From positions 64,001 to 128,000 of the IMG/VR virus record IMGVR_UViG_3300029288_001872: DNA of 64,000 bases. One strand, given 5' to 3'. Position 1 is the stretch's first letter. Each line of letters starts with the position of its first letter. Positions 32,278-43,395 of this stretch are shown here, piece after piece. Both the position numbers and the translations under genes were made by a program. The notes under the pieces are model-generated. The model was not told the DNA's origin and did not search any database. It worked only from the letters and a program-made list of their open reading frames with translations. Source of the stretch: a virus (Duplodnaviria; Caudoviricetes).

Positions 32278-32673
32278 CAGGAAATAACATGAATAAAACC
32301 AAAACAAAAGAACCTAAAATCGGCTCAAGACAAAACCCAGAAAGAACAGTTCCAAAGGATTGTTTTGAGAAGATGAAAGACGGCAAAGTGGTGGTTGGAT
32401 ACAAAGAATATAAACCATTTGAACCATATTCTAAAAGGAAATAAAGGAGGATTAAACAATGCAAGATGAAAGATGTAATGGTTGTAATAAACTGGTAGAG
32501 GCTGAATCTGGTATCTTTGAATGCAAAACCTATCCCAATCCTGCGGCAATATGGAAACGTGGTAATTGTCCACTTGGGTCTCACATCATCAAGGTTAAGG
32601 AAGAAAAGAAAAGGGTTAATCCTTTAAAAGCCAACAAGCGAGCTAAAAAGGGGAAATAAAGGAGGAAATCAAA

Positions 32674-32979
32674 ATGGGTTATTTTACCGAACTTAGAGAA
32701 AACATCATTAAAGCCAGTGAAGAAGCAACATTAGAATGGAATAAATCTAGTGTTGTCAGAAAACATGGCCCTATAAATGGGATGTTAGTTTGTCCCCATT
32801 GCGGAGTTAAAGGGAAAATTCATGTCAAACCCACCACACAGAAAAGAGGTATTGATGGAGGCAAGGCTACTGCGGCAGTATTCACTTGCGGTTTATCTAT
32901 GCTGTTGACCGGATTGTCCAGGATGGAGAAAGCGAACAAACTCTATTGCGAAAGCTGCGAAATGTCGTGGGTTGTGTAA
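32674..32979 (+). CDS. Zinc-ribbon protein with a hydrophobic glycine-rich segment
   Basis: CPHCG...GGKATAAVFTCGLSMLLTGLSR...CESC. Confidence 0.7.
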   Translation: MGYFTELRENIIKASEEATLEWNKSSVVRKHGPINGMLVCPHCGVKGKIHVKPTTQKRGIDGGKATAAVFTCGLSMLLTGLSRMEKANKLYCESCEMSWVV

Positions 32980-33770
32980 TATAAAAGAAGTCAATCTTTT
33001 CATAAAAGGAGGATTTATCGCATGGCTAAAATCATCCACATTGTTCCAGTTGAATGTCATTTTGACAAAAATGGTAATTCGTTACCTAAATCTATCAAGA
33101 AATGTGTCAAAGTGGATGACTTCAAGAATTTTGATAGAACTTATGATGGGGAAGGCAAAAGGATTTTTGAGAGGAGGGGATAAGATGAATTTTCTCATTA
33201 ACGACATTATCAATAAAATTTTAGACCATGCATCAATTCTCAACCTTAATGAATACTTTGCACTTTGTTTAATTCATAATATTGGTGAATATATGATGAA
33301 AATTAGTAAAGAAGCCATTAAACAATGGCACCATGATATTTATACAAATGGTATTTCTAACCTTTTTAACAATATTGAAGAGAAATAATCATGGAAAAAC
33401 ATTTTGGGTATAAGAACTTTTGGGTTGAAAAACCAAAAGAGTGTCTTGAATTAGATATACAACAACTTTGGTTAGTAACTAGCACGAATAGACATCATGG
33501 TGGTAGAACCCCTCAAATCTGGGGTCTTGTTAATAATGCAAAGGATGGAATGATTTGGCATGAACAAAAACATAAACATGAAGGTGGATTTTGTGATTTC
33601 TGTCGCGCCGAATGGGTTGATGAAGGTTGGCGCATGATTAAGAAAGTAGACCACGATGGAGCAACGGTTCATTATGAAGTAACTCAAATTGATTTTTTAA
33701 ATAAAAAGGAGGTCTAAATGAATTGATTGTTTAGAATTTTATGGTGTTTGGGAATAAGGAGGTTTAAACT

Positions 33771-34265
33771 ATGCTAAATAAAAAGCAAATAGAGAAAATA
33801 ATGAAATTTAAAGATGTTCTAAACATTGAGGTAGAAAAACAACAAACAACTGTTTGGTCTTCTGATATTTATATGGATGGAGTTTTGTTAGGTAGATATA
33901 AAATAATCTTGAAACTTTATGAAGAAAGCAATTTTAAGACACAACTTGATGACTTTATAAAAATATACAATGTGAGTAAAATGGTTGAAATTGAAAGCGA
34001 ATTTAAAGAGAGAATAGTTGAAGGTCCAATGGGTTCTATTTTTCACCATCCTCATGTATGGAATAATAGTTTTACAGGCGAAACACATGCTTGTTTTGGC
34101 AATATCAAATTTGGCATCATAAGTCTTTTAAAAGACGAAGAATATGACGTATTGATTTCTATCCTGCTTGAATTTTTAAAAAACAGTTTCGGGTGGATAG
34201 GTATAACTCAAAAAGAAATGTTGGAATTTTGGGAAGATAAAGAAGATAAAGTTAGCCAACTATAA
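33771..34265 (+). CDS. E2/UBC-like domain protein (orphan paralogue)
   Basis: LGRYKIIL...FHHPHVW.....HACFGNI...EEYDVLISILLEFL, the same signature as the E2s in the Ubl operon. Confidence 0.7.
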   Translation: MLNKKQIEKIMKFKDVLNIEVEKQQTTVWSSDIYMDGVLLGRYKIILKLYEESNFKTQLDDFIKIYNVSKMVEIESEFKERIVEGPMGSIFHHPHVWNNSFTGETHACFGNIKFGIISLLKDEEYDVLISILLEFLKNSFGWIGITQKEMLEFWEDKEDKVSQL

Positions 34266-34545
34266 CTAGTAAATTCTAAAGGAGGTATAAAATGCAAAAT
34301 CCAGAACAATTCAAAGAATCTATTTCTTTGTCAAATGACCAAACATTAAGGATGGGAATTACCTTAACAAATGTTATCTTTAACCATCTTTCTAACGCAG
34401 CCATTATTTTTGACAGACTTCAAGATGTAATTCCATCACCAGAACTTGAGGAACAAAAACAAAAAGTAATTGAAGTGCAGAACGAGGTATTAAACCTCTT
34501 TAACATGATGATCGATGAAAGAGAAGCAAGAGAAGAAAAAGATAA

Positions 34546-34763
34546 ATGATAAACATTGATGGTGAAAAGAATATGGCAATTGAGACTTTGCGCCATTATT
34601 GGCTGAAGGGCAGATTGTCAGATGGCCAATTCTTCAAAGAGGTTATAAAATTAGCAGGAAGAACTGCTTTTCAATTTGATGAATTTAAACTGACTAAATG
34701 GGGTCAAGTTAGACTGCTTGAATTCCCAAAAGGTTGGGCTATCATAAGAAGGAATAAGACCTT
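34546..34763 (+). CDS. Small gene whose 3' end is interrupted by TnpB element #3
   Basis: The track ORF 34546..34869 reads into the IS right end from 34764 onward. Confidence 0.55.
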
Positions 34764-35962
34764 ATGGATGTTCTGTCTAACTACAGACAGCTTTCTGGAT
34801 ATTATCCAAAGACTCCATCCCGAGTCTCAATATGTTAATTGCAGCATTATGATCTCTATCCATAACTAAATTACAATGAGGACAAGAATGTATTCTAACA
34901 GACAAATCTTTATCAACAATTTGACCGCATCTAGAACACATCTTACTAGTATTGCGAGGATTTATGAATTTCACAGACCTACCAGCATATTCTGCTTTGT
35001 AGGTGGTGAAATTCATGAACTGGTTCCAAGCGACATTAGATATGGATTTTCTAATACCTTTGAAAGTTCCTTGTTGCATGTTCTTAATATCAAGTTTTTC
35101 AAAAACTATAATCTGATTTTCATTAATGATTCTTCTAGACAATTTATGTGCGAAGTCTGTTCTTTTATTAACAATCTTAGAATGAATTTTAGCAACTATC
35201 TTCTTAAGTTTCTTCCTTTTAAAAGAACCTTTTTTCGCTTTACTAAATTTACTTTGATATTTAGTGAGTTTATCTTCATCTTGCTTAAAGAATCTAGGGT
35301 TTGGAATACTTTCACCATTAGAAAAAGTAGCGAAATTAATAAGACCCACATCAATACCAATGAATTTATCGACGATAGGCAATTTAATAGTTTCAACTTC
35401 ACAGCTAAAGCAAGAGAACCATTTGTCAGTAGAATCTCTTTTTATTGTAAGTGTTTTAATCTTACCTTCAATTGGTCTATGTTGTTTGATTCTGACAGAA
35501 CCAATTCTAGACATCTTAAGTTTGTTATCAACAAGTTTAAAACCATATTGTGGAAAAGTAAAAGAATTATATCTGTCATATCCTTGAAATCTAGGATATC
35601 CAGGTTTATCGCCAGATTTTATTCTCCTGAAAAAGGTTTTAAATGCTTTGTCAAGTCTATTTTGAGTATCTTGCAAGCATTGGGTAAAAACATCGTTAAG
35701 TTCAGATTTATCTTTCTTCCATTGGGTAAGAAGATTATGAGTATCATACAAACTAAGACTTTTCTTTCCTTCTTCCCAAGATTTCTTTCTAACTTCAAGC
35801 GTTTTATTATAAACCCATCTACAGCCGTCAAGATATTTCTGCAAAGACTTCTTCTGTTTAGAAGTTGGGTAAATTCTGAATTTAAATGTTTTCATACTCA
35901 CATCTAGATTATAACATATGGGGAAAATAATGCAAGCTAGTAGTTCAAATTTTTGTACTAAG
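34764..35962 (-). mobile_element. IS200/IS605-family TnpB-only element #3
   Basis: Right end CTGTCT-gtagtt-AGACAG-AACATCCAT aligns with element #2. Left palindrome TAGTTCAAATTTTTGTACTA at 35941-35960. Confidence 0.8.
34777..35901 (-). CDS. tnpB: RNA-guided endonuclease TnpB
   Basis: Close paralogue of 26445..27560, with intact GIDVG / VFEKL / DRDHNAA motifs and CSRCG..CPHC. Confidence 0.95.
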   Translation of the reverse strand: MSMKTFKFRIYPTSKQKKSLQKYLDGCRWVYNKTLEVRKKSWEEGKKSLSLYDTHNLLTQWKKDKSELNDVFTQCLQDTQNRLDKAFKTFFRRIKSGDKPGYPRFQGYDRYNSFTFPQYGFKLVDNKLKMSRIGSVRIKQHRPIEGKIKTLTIKRDSTDKWFSCFSCEVETIKLPIVDKFIGIDVGLINFATFSNGESIPNPRFFKQDEDKLTKYQSKFSKAKKGSFKRKKLKKIVAKIHSKIVNKRTDFAHKLSRRIINENQIIVFEKLDIKNMQQGTFKGIRKSISNVAWNQFMNFTTYKAEYAGRSVKFINPRNTSKMCSRCGQIVDKDLSVRIHSCPHCNLVMDRDHNAAINILRLGMESLDNIQKAVCS

Positions 35963-36268
35963 GATGAAAATAAAAAATCTTTATATAAAGGAAGTTTCTG
36001 TTGGCATGGTGAAAGTCATATCTTTTATTCTCATGCTGTTAATGAAACCAAAGCATTTCAAAATTGCTGTGTGCAGTTGGCAAAGAAATTGGAATATTCT
36101 GTAGGTGCAATTAGAAATTATTTCAGGAATTCAAATAGATATGAAATCACCAAAGAAAATGAAAAAATATGAAAATAATTCCAATTTAAGTGCATTTTTT
36201 GCTTGACAAGGTTTTCAAACCAGATAAAATATGAACATCAAATCAACCAAATAAAGGAGGAACAAATT

Positions 36269-36535
36269 ATGTTGGAAATTCAAAAGGGAGTACCCATGCC
36301 GGAAGCGGAAGCGAAGACGCGGAAGAATGCAAAGTACCCATTTAAGGGTATGGAAGTCGGTGACAGCTTCATTGCCCCTCTCAAGAAGGATGAGGACATC
36401 GAGAAGGCTATGGTCAAGGTCAATGCCAATGCCCGCAGGTATGGCAAAGACCTCAGCGCCACCTTTGAGACCCGCATCGTCAAGGAAGAGAAGACTGGCA
36501 AGGTCCAGGGTATTGGCGTGTGGCGGACCAAGTAG
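36269..36535 (+). CDS. Small basic putative DNA-binding protein (IQKGVPMP...KYPFKGMEVGDSF...GIGVWR)
   Basis: Start revised to the ATG at 36269 after AAGGAGG. Has its own TTGACA promoter (36203), GC-rich codons and a terminator hairpin at 36551-36583. Confidence 0.75.
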   Translation: MLEIQKGVPMPEAEAKTRKNAKYPFKGMEVGDSFIAPLKKDEDIEKAMVKVNANARRYGKDLSATFETRIVKEEKTGKVQGIGVWRTK

Positions 36536-36618
36536 GGTGAAGTCAGCCTAATTCCCCCTCCTTTATAAATAGGGAGGGGGAATGGCTTCTTTTGATCTAT
36601 AAAAAAGGAGGAATAAAC

Positions 36619-38960
36619 ATGAGTTTTTGTGAAAAACTTCAAACAGGATGTCCCGCTTGTAACACAGAAATGGTTCAGAAAGGTTCTATTTTAGGACATA
36701 ATGGTGGATCACAGGATATTTATCAGTGCCCAGGGTGTAAGAACATCGAAATAGGAACACTTTGGATGTTTAGAGCTACCAAGAATTGGGGACTTCAATT
36801 AAAATTAAACAAATTTTTAACCCAATATCAAACTTTAAACGAAGTGATTAAAGAAGACATAGTGAGGTTGATATGAATTGGAAGGAACATCATAATTACG
36901 GAAAAGTTGGTTATTCAATTGGACGCTTTGATTTAATTGTTTGGAGAAGTGAAATAATAACTTTATATAAGGGTGGTGCAGAAGTAATTAAATTTGGGAA
37001 GATGCCCATCGAAGAAGCTAAAGAAAAAGCATTTGATTATATAATTGATAAACTATCCAACCAAGAATTAAGAGAATTATGGAAGGAGGCATAAAATGGC
37101 AACCTTATTTGACGAAAGGCTAAAGTCTCAATATGAAGCAGGCCCAGAAGAATTGGAAAGAAGAGAAAAGGTTTATGACCTTCGTGAAAAAGCAGACAAT
37201 ATCAGAAACGCTTGGGACTCATGGCAAGAGTTCAACAAGTGTCTGCATAGCCTTAATCCCCCACAAGAAATCGTTGATGCCTGGGATAAAATAACTCCTT
37301 GGCTAAAAGAATTGGGAGAAAACACTTTGAAAGACCTTGAAGAATTAGAGGGGATGTAATATGAAACCAACCGTAATTGGAAGGGCTATTACTTCAAGTG
37401 TTTGTGTTTCTTGTGGGAGAATTTTTGACGTAAATAATATTTCTAACTGTCCTTATTGTTGTGGGGCAATTAGAAATATTTGGGAATTAACTAAAGAAAC
37501 ATATTCAAAAGAAACTATAGATAAAATAAAAAAATCGCTAAAGAAGATATAGAAGAAGGGATCGCATTTGGTAAACAGCAAGCGTATTCAAGATTACATC
37601 TTATGGTTCTTTCTCATATTGAATTTATTCATAAACTTTTTAAAATTTGTCCAACTGTGAAGATACAAGGTAAGTTAGAAAGTTATATAGACGTAGTAGA
37701 TACAATAAATAAATTGAAGGAGGAAGTGTAATGAAAGAAATAGCAAAAGACCTTATCTATGTGGAAATTAATGATGACGATACTATTGCTTCATTAAAAG
37801 AAAAATTTATCAATATAATGAAAAAGCACAAGATTAAATACGGGAGTATTAATAAAGACGAAATTATCCGTTTTCATAACATCGAATGGGATGCATACCT
37901 AATTCTATTTCTTGACAATCTTAATATTAGATTAAGAACAAGTATGGTAGCGATGGACTTACCAAAAGAATTAGAATATTAAAGGAGGAATAATTATGAC
38001 ACCACTACCACAAGAAGTTGAAAGAATAATCTTAGATTGGATGTCTGGTCAAGGCGAACTTCTGCATTTTTGGGAAGAAAGAGTACAAAATTATTATACC
38101 TATTATATAATTTGGAGAGTAAAACAATTAAAATCAGATCGAACCTATTTCTTAAGAGTATTTGGCAGTGGAGATAAATGGGATTTATCTCAGGATGCTT
38201 GCAAATAAGGAGGAAGATAATGGATCAACAAGATGAAAAGTGTAAATGGTGTGGTAAACCAAGAAAAGAAATGAACTATCCAGTCCATGACTATTATTAC
38301 CTCCGAGGTATGGAACATTTATGGTTCAAGTGTGGTTCACACTATGCAGCCAAAGGCGGTTGGGAATCACGTTACTTTCCCCAAACATGGACCAAATACG
38401 ATGCTCAATCATCACTTTGTAAGACTATTTCAGAAATTGGAAATGAAACTATTTGGGAAACTCCAAAGTGTGATACCCCTAAATGTGTGTTTTGTTTTGA
38501 TGGACATTGTTATGCTTCTCCAAAAGAGCATGAACATTGTACTCAGCAGAAAGTGAAATAATTTGACAAATAAATCAAAAAAGGAGATATAAAATGTTTT
38601 TAGTAGATAGAGAATTTGTCAATAAACAAGATTTAAATAAAACTTCAATTCACACATTGACTTGCGCTTTATATTATCGCTTAATGGATTCGTTATCAAA
38701 CGTCTCAACAGAAACGTATCCTTGGAAAAGCGATAAAACTGTATATAAAATAGTTATGGCCATCCTAAAAGAATTTGCAGAACGAAACCCATCATAGGAG
38801 ATATAAAATGACAGAGAAGTGTTGGCTAATAATTATTATTTTTTTAGGCGGAGCAGGATTAACCTTTGCCAAAAGATACAAAAATAAGGACAGACAAGCT
38901 GGAGATTGGATAGTTTTCTGGACTCTAATTTTTGTCTTTGGTTTACTTGTCTCAAATTAA
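36619..38960 (+). other. Cluster of small hypothetical genes (36619, 36873, 37096, 37361, 37731, 37996, 38220, 38594)
   Basis: Strong RBSs and coupled ORFs; several zinc ribbons. Confidence 0.65.
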
Positions 38961-39028
38961 AAATTTTCTAAAATTTTTCTTGACAAACCTTTTAGCCTAT
39001 AGGATAATCTTCCAAAAGGAGGAAAAAT

Positions 39029-39610
39029 ATGTCTGACTTTCAAACTGCTCTAAAACAGGTTGCGGCCAAACCCAAGGCCAAGAAGCAAGAAATCCCTTTC
39101 CTTAAAATCCCCCAGCGAATTAAAGACGCAGTGGATACCTTCCAATCTGCCAAGAAAAACAAAATCCAGGCAGAAGCTACCATGAAGGAAAAAGAAGCCG
39201 TCATAATTGACTTCGTTAGAGAGAAGCAAGACCTTGATGGTTTTGCTGATAAGTATCATAATTCTTATGCTTTGAAAGGTGAAGAACATGAAATCAAAGT
39301 TATCTATGCAAACAAATGGTCTATAAATCCTGAGTCAAAAGTTGAACTGAAAAGACTTTTGAAAAGAAATTACAATGGTTTGATAAAAGAAAGTTATTCA
39401 TTAAGTTTAAAGAAAGAAGTTTTTGAAGATGAGCAATTACAAAAGGATTTGTTATCGCTTGTCGGTGATAGATTCAAAGACTTCTTTGAAAGCAACTTAA
39501 TTTTAAGTGTGGTTGAAGATTTCAGCCAAGAAATATATCAAATGGTTGATAAGGATGGATTGAAGTTGTTGAGAAGCCTTTGCCAACAAAGTAAACCAAG
39601 TTTGAAATAA
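39029..39610 (+). CDS. Hypothetical protein
   Basis: Promoter TTGACA at 38980 and AAGGAGG RBS. Confidence 0.75.
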   Translation: MSDFQTALKQVAAKPKAKKQEIPFLKIPQRIKDAVDTFQSAKKNKIQAEATMKEKEAVIIDFVREKQDLDGFADKYHNSYALKGEEHEIKVIYANKWSINPESKVELKRLLKRNYNGLIKESYSLSLKKEVFEDEQLQKDLLSLVGDRFKDFFESNLILSVVEDFSQEIYQMVDKDGLKLLRSLCQQSKPSLK

Positions 39611-40800
39611 AAGGAGGGATATATGAAATTTTCAACGATCCATCATTGCAAAGAATTAACTGCAATTGAACCAAATAATGAATTGATTGTCTATATCCAA
39701 GACGAAAAAATAGCATCTTTATATCAAACAAAAGCAGGTTGGTCTTTAAACTTATCTAATATGGATGATATTAAAGCTATCAAAATTTTCTTTTGTCCCT
39801 TTTGTGGAAAGGAATTATCAAAAGAAAATAAGGAGAAATAATCAATGCTTCTTTATATGATTTGTGCTTGTTGGGATAATGGTTATGGTGGTTATGGGTA
39901 CAGAGACCCAAAATCATATACAGAAAGGTTTTATTTCCTTTTGTTTAATTCTACTTATGAACAAAATCCATGGATTTGTAATAATATCTTTAGTGCAAAT
40001 GACGGAAGTGATGTTGAATTTATTCCAAGTGGAAACTAAAAGGAGGGATATATGAAATTTAAATTGAAACTCTTCCATGAAAAATTTATATTGTTCCCGA
40101 GGGTTTGTGATAAGTGTAGGAATTATGTTTTCCTTGAACGAATGTGGAGATTTAAAACTAACGCACAAAATGGTTTTGGGACTAATATATTATGGCCTTT
40201 GTTTCTTTGTAAATCTTGTGCTCCAAATATAGTCTTAGCAAAAAAGTATTTTTCTCAAAATAAATTGTAAATCCTCTTCTTGCTAAAAATGCTCTATTTT
40301 AACTAAAAGGAGGAATAAATTATGTATCAATTCAAAGTTTCTGGCCCATGGTGGAAGATTAAACATCCAAAGAAAAATTATCCTTGGCCTTGCATAAGTG
40401 ATATGAAAAGAATCATAACCATATATGATGATATTTTAAACAAGACTGCGCCAAACACTTATACTAAGGTTACTGGATTATGTTGTTGTAATATCCAAAT
40501 TCCAGATGAAGATACCATTGAAATGAATGAAGAAAAGAAGTTGATTATGACAAATTTTACTGAGATGTGTGGGGGAAAATAATATATGAAAAACTCAACA
40601 GTCACAGATAAATTTACTGGTGAGAAAATCAGAGTTATTAAGCCTTATGGCAGAACGTATTATCAAAGATTGCACGAACTCGTGGAAAGCAACAATAATT
40701 TTCATCCATGCAAAACTTGTGGCAACCCTGTGCAAGAACCTTTAATTTGTCAATTTTGCGGTGAAACTGAACCTAATTAAAAAGAAAGGAGAAACAATCC

Positions 40801-41160
40801 ATGTCCTACGACATTTCGTTATGTGACCCAATTACCAAAGAGGTCTTACATCTTGAAGAGCCACATCAATTAAAAGGTGGAACTTACGCACTTGGTGGCA
40901 CCACTGAAATGTGGTTAAATGTGACATATAATTATTCACCTTTCTTTCGTAAAGTCATTGATAAGAATAAGGGCATAAGAAAAATATATGGTCTGACCGG
41001 AGAAGAATCAATTCCTATTCTTGAAAAGGCTATGAGTCAATTAGGTAATGATATTGATGAAGATTACTGGAAGCCAACAGAAGGGAATGCAAAAGACGCT
41101 TTGAAAAAATTGTTGATCTTGGCACAAACAAGACCTGATGGAATTTGGATGGGAGATTAA
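40801..41160 (+). CDS. Conserved phage hypothetical protein (MSYDISL...GGTY..GG...LNVTYNY)
   Basis: RBS; recognisable phage motif family. Confidence 0.75.
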   Translation: MSYDISLCDPITKEVLHLEEPHQLKGGTYALGGTTEMWLNVTYNYSPFFRKVIDKNKGIRKIYGLTGEESIPILEKAMSQLGNDIDEDYWKPTEGNAKDALKKLLILAQTRPDGIWMGD

Positions 41161-41164
41161 TTTG

Positions 41165-41932
41165 ATGAAAAACAATCCGAAAGCAAAATTCTGGAAGCCT
41201 GCACCAAATCAAAAGAACACCATAACTATTCTACCAAAAGAGGATCATCACTTACTGCACGATTATTTTATTACCAATCATAAAGCTGAGAATAAAAATA
41301 TACAACCGGATATAAGACGCGTTGTTGATTACGAGAATGAACCTTTTGGTTATGCTAAAGAAGAAATAGTTTTGGGAGGGCCAATGCCAAGGTTTGCTGA
41401 TTATACAAAAGAAATGGGTGGAGGCTGGGAAGTAGTTGATGACACCATAAGAAGAACAATACCAAGAATCAATTGGGAACAAGTAAGAAATGAAGAATAT
41501 TGGGAAGAATGGCATTTTGAAAGATACAAACTTTTCCATACTAAAGAATTTAAAAGATGGAGTTTACATTTTAATTTTAATATTATTGGACATTTGCCTC
41601 ATGACATACCGAGAGAAAGAGTCTTCACATGGGCAGAAGAACACATACTCTCTAGATGGCTTCATGATGAAAAAACCATAGAAGAATCAGGAGGTGATCC
41701 AAATATGTCGTTCGAAAAAGAACTACCTATCAATGTCACATTGGAAAGAGCCAAAATTGTCAATGAATGGGTTCCTAAAGAAATAACTGATTACGGAACC
41801 TTGGCAAATCGTTGTTCCAAACTATGGAATTGCGACTTAAGTATAAAAGAAGCAGAACAACTTCTTGAAGAAGCCTATATTGTCCTCAAAACAGAGGGAA
41901 TAAAACCAAATTTCTTCAAAGAACGAAATTGA
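41165..41932 (+). CDS. Hypothetical protein
   Basis: Open frame; likely start at the ATG at 41165. Confidence 0.6.
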   Translation: MKNNPKAKFWKPAPNQKNTITILPKEDHHLLHDYFITNHKAENKNIQPDIRRVVDYENEPFGYAKEEIVLGGPMPRFADYTKEMGGGWEVVDDTIRRTIPRINWEQVRNEEYWEEWHFERYKLFHTKEFKRWSLHFNFNIIGHLPHDIPRERVFTWAEEHILSRWLHDEKTIEESGGDPNMSFEKELPINVTLERAKIVNEWVPKEITDYGTLANRCSKLWNCDLSIKEAEQLLEEAYIVLKTEGIKPNFFKERN

Positions 41933-41935
41933 GCC

Positions 41936-42022
41936 TAGTACAAATTTTTGTACTTATGTCAAAAAAATAATTTCGAGAAAGTGAAGAAATTTCTTGACAA
42001 GCCAATCATAAAAATTTAAGAT
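41936..42022 (+). promoter_or_regulatory. Promoter of the Ubl operon with an upstream palindrome
   Basis: AGTACAAATTTTTGTACT palindrome; TTGACA(41994)-17-TAAGAT; AAGGAGG RBS at 42031. Confidence 0.75.
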
Positions 42023-42045
42023 AATTACATAAGGAGGACAAACGA

Positions 42046-43362
42046 ATGTGGCTCATGCTTGACAATCACCTTGACGCAGAAAAAATCTTGACCAAGGCTT
42101 TGATACCTACCTTGCTTCACACAATTACTGCCCCAAGAGAAATCAAAGGGTTGGCCTTCCCGGAAGAAGAAAAAGACAAGGTTCTTAAACTTCTGAAATT
42201 AGAAGAAAAAACCTGGACAACGATTAAAACCAATGACGATAATGTTCTTCTTCTGGAAGCACAAGGAAGGGTCATCAAAATTGGTGGTCATCTTCAAACT
42301 TGGAATGAATTTTCTCCAGTTTTAGAAGAATATGCAGAATTACTCAATGTTAAAATAGTAGTTTCAAACCCACATAAGAATCAGATAGGAAAAGGAGTAA
42401 CTTTAGAACCAGAGGCAGAAGAAGGAACTTTGTTTATAAAGTTCTATGCCTCTCCTAAAAAAACCAAAGCAAAATCATACAAAGAAGTTTTCGGTTTTAA
42501 ATTAGGAACAAGTCAAAGTGATGGGGTAGAACCTTCTGGCCAAGGACAACCAATTGTTGATCCTGTTTCTGAGACCACCATTGCAGAAGTAATTGGCGAC
42601 AACCTTTATGTTCTTTTTGATTTGCCTCATAATGATGGTTTGAAAAATAGCCAAGAAATTATGAGACAAATCATGGAACAATATTCTCTTCTACAAAAAT
42701 CGCCAGAAGAATTAAAAAAATGGAGGGAAGAAGCAAAAGAAAGAGAGGCGACTAAAACAAAAGACGCCTATGTTAAAGAATGTTCAAAAAGGTTAAAAGC
42801 GGTAAAAAACGGATTGATAGAAGATATTGAGGAAAACGAAAACGAACTAAATGCTTTGGGCCAAAGAATTACCGAGTTGATAAGACAAATTGACGAAAAG
42901 AAGAAACAACTCTTCGGGTTTGACGACCTTGAAGACAGAGAAGAAAGATTTTCCCAAGAATATGATAAGTTGTTAGAACTACCTCATGTCAAGAAAGTTT
43001 TGGTTGAAGAAGGCAAGGTTAAAGTTTTCACTAACACCATCTTTCTTGAAAGCGATGGAAAAGTCTATGAGATGGGAGATTATCGCATTGATATTCCTAC
43101 GCAAGACACCGATTTAAAAATTGCCAATCTAAGAATGGAAGAACTGACTGGGCAAACATATTTCCACCATCCTCATGTTTCTGGAAATAAAGATGGCGCA
43201 ACTCCTTGTTTGGGAAATATTTCAGAGGGTGTTATGCGTCTAATTGGTGCATATGAATTTTCAGTAGTAGCACAAATTCTCATTGAATATCTACATAGTA
43301 GTAGATATCAAGATGAATTGACAGCTTACTGGAAGCCAATTAAAAAACAAAAAACCGCGTGA
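42046..43362 (+). CDS. Coiled-coil + C-terminal E2/UBC-like protein
   Basis: Long heptad-rich helix, then MGDYRIDI...YFHHPHVSGNKDGATPCLGNI...AYEFSVVAQILIEYL (HPH plus Cys). Adjacent to JAB, E1 and Ubl genes. Confidence 0.75.
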   Translation: MWLMLDNHLDAEKILTKALIPTLLHTITAPREIKGLAFPEEEKDKVLKLLKLEEKTWTTIKTNDDNVLLLEAQGRVIKIGGHLQTWNEFSPVLEEYAELLNVKIVVSNPHKNQIGKGVTLEPEAEEGTLFIKFYASPKKTKAKSYKEVFGFKLGTSQSDGVEPSGQGQPIVDPVSETTIAEVIGDNLYVLFDLPHNDGLKNSQEIMRQIMEQYSLLQKSPEELKKWREEAKEREATKTKDAYVKECSKRLKAVKNGLIEDIEENENELNALGQRITELIRQIDEKKKQLFGFDDLEDREERFSQEYDKLLELPHVKKVLVEEGKVKVFTNTIFLESDGKVYEMGDYRIDIPTQDTDLKIANLRMEELTGQTYFHHPHVSGNKDGATPCLGNISEGVMRLIGAYEFSVVAQILIEYLHSSRYQDELTAYWKPIKKQKTA

Positions 43363-43395
43363 ATAAAATCTAAAGAATATCATAAGGAGGAATAA

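Noticed and set aside
32972-33388. 138-aa ORF as a single gene
   Set aside because: Better explained as two RBS-led genes, 33022..33183 in another frame and 33185..33388.
41165-41240. gp32-like ssDNA-binding protein call from the FWKP...TITILP motif
   Set aside because: The resemblance is limited to ~20 residues and the rest of the ORF shows no supporting motifs.
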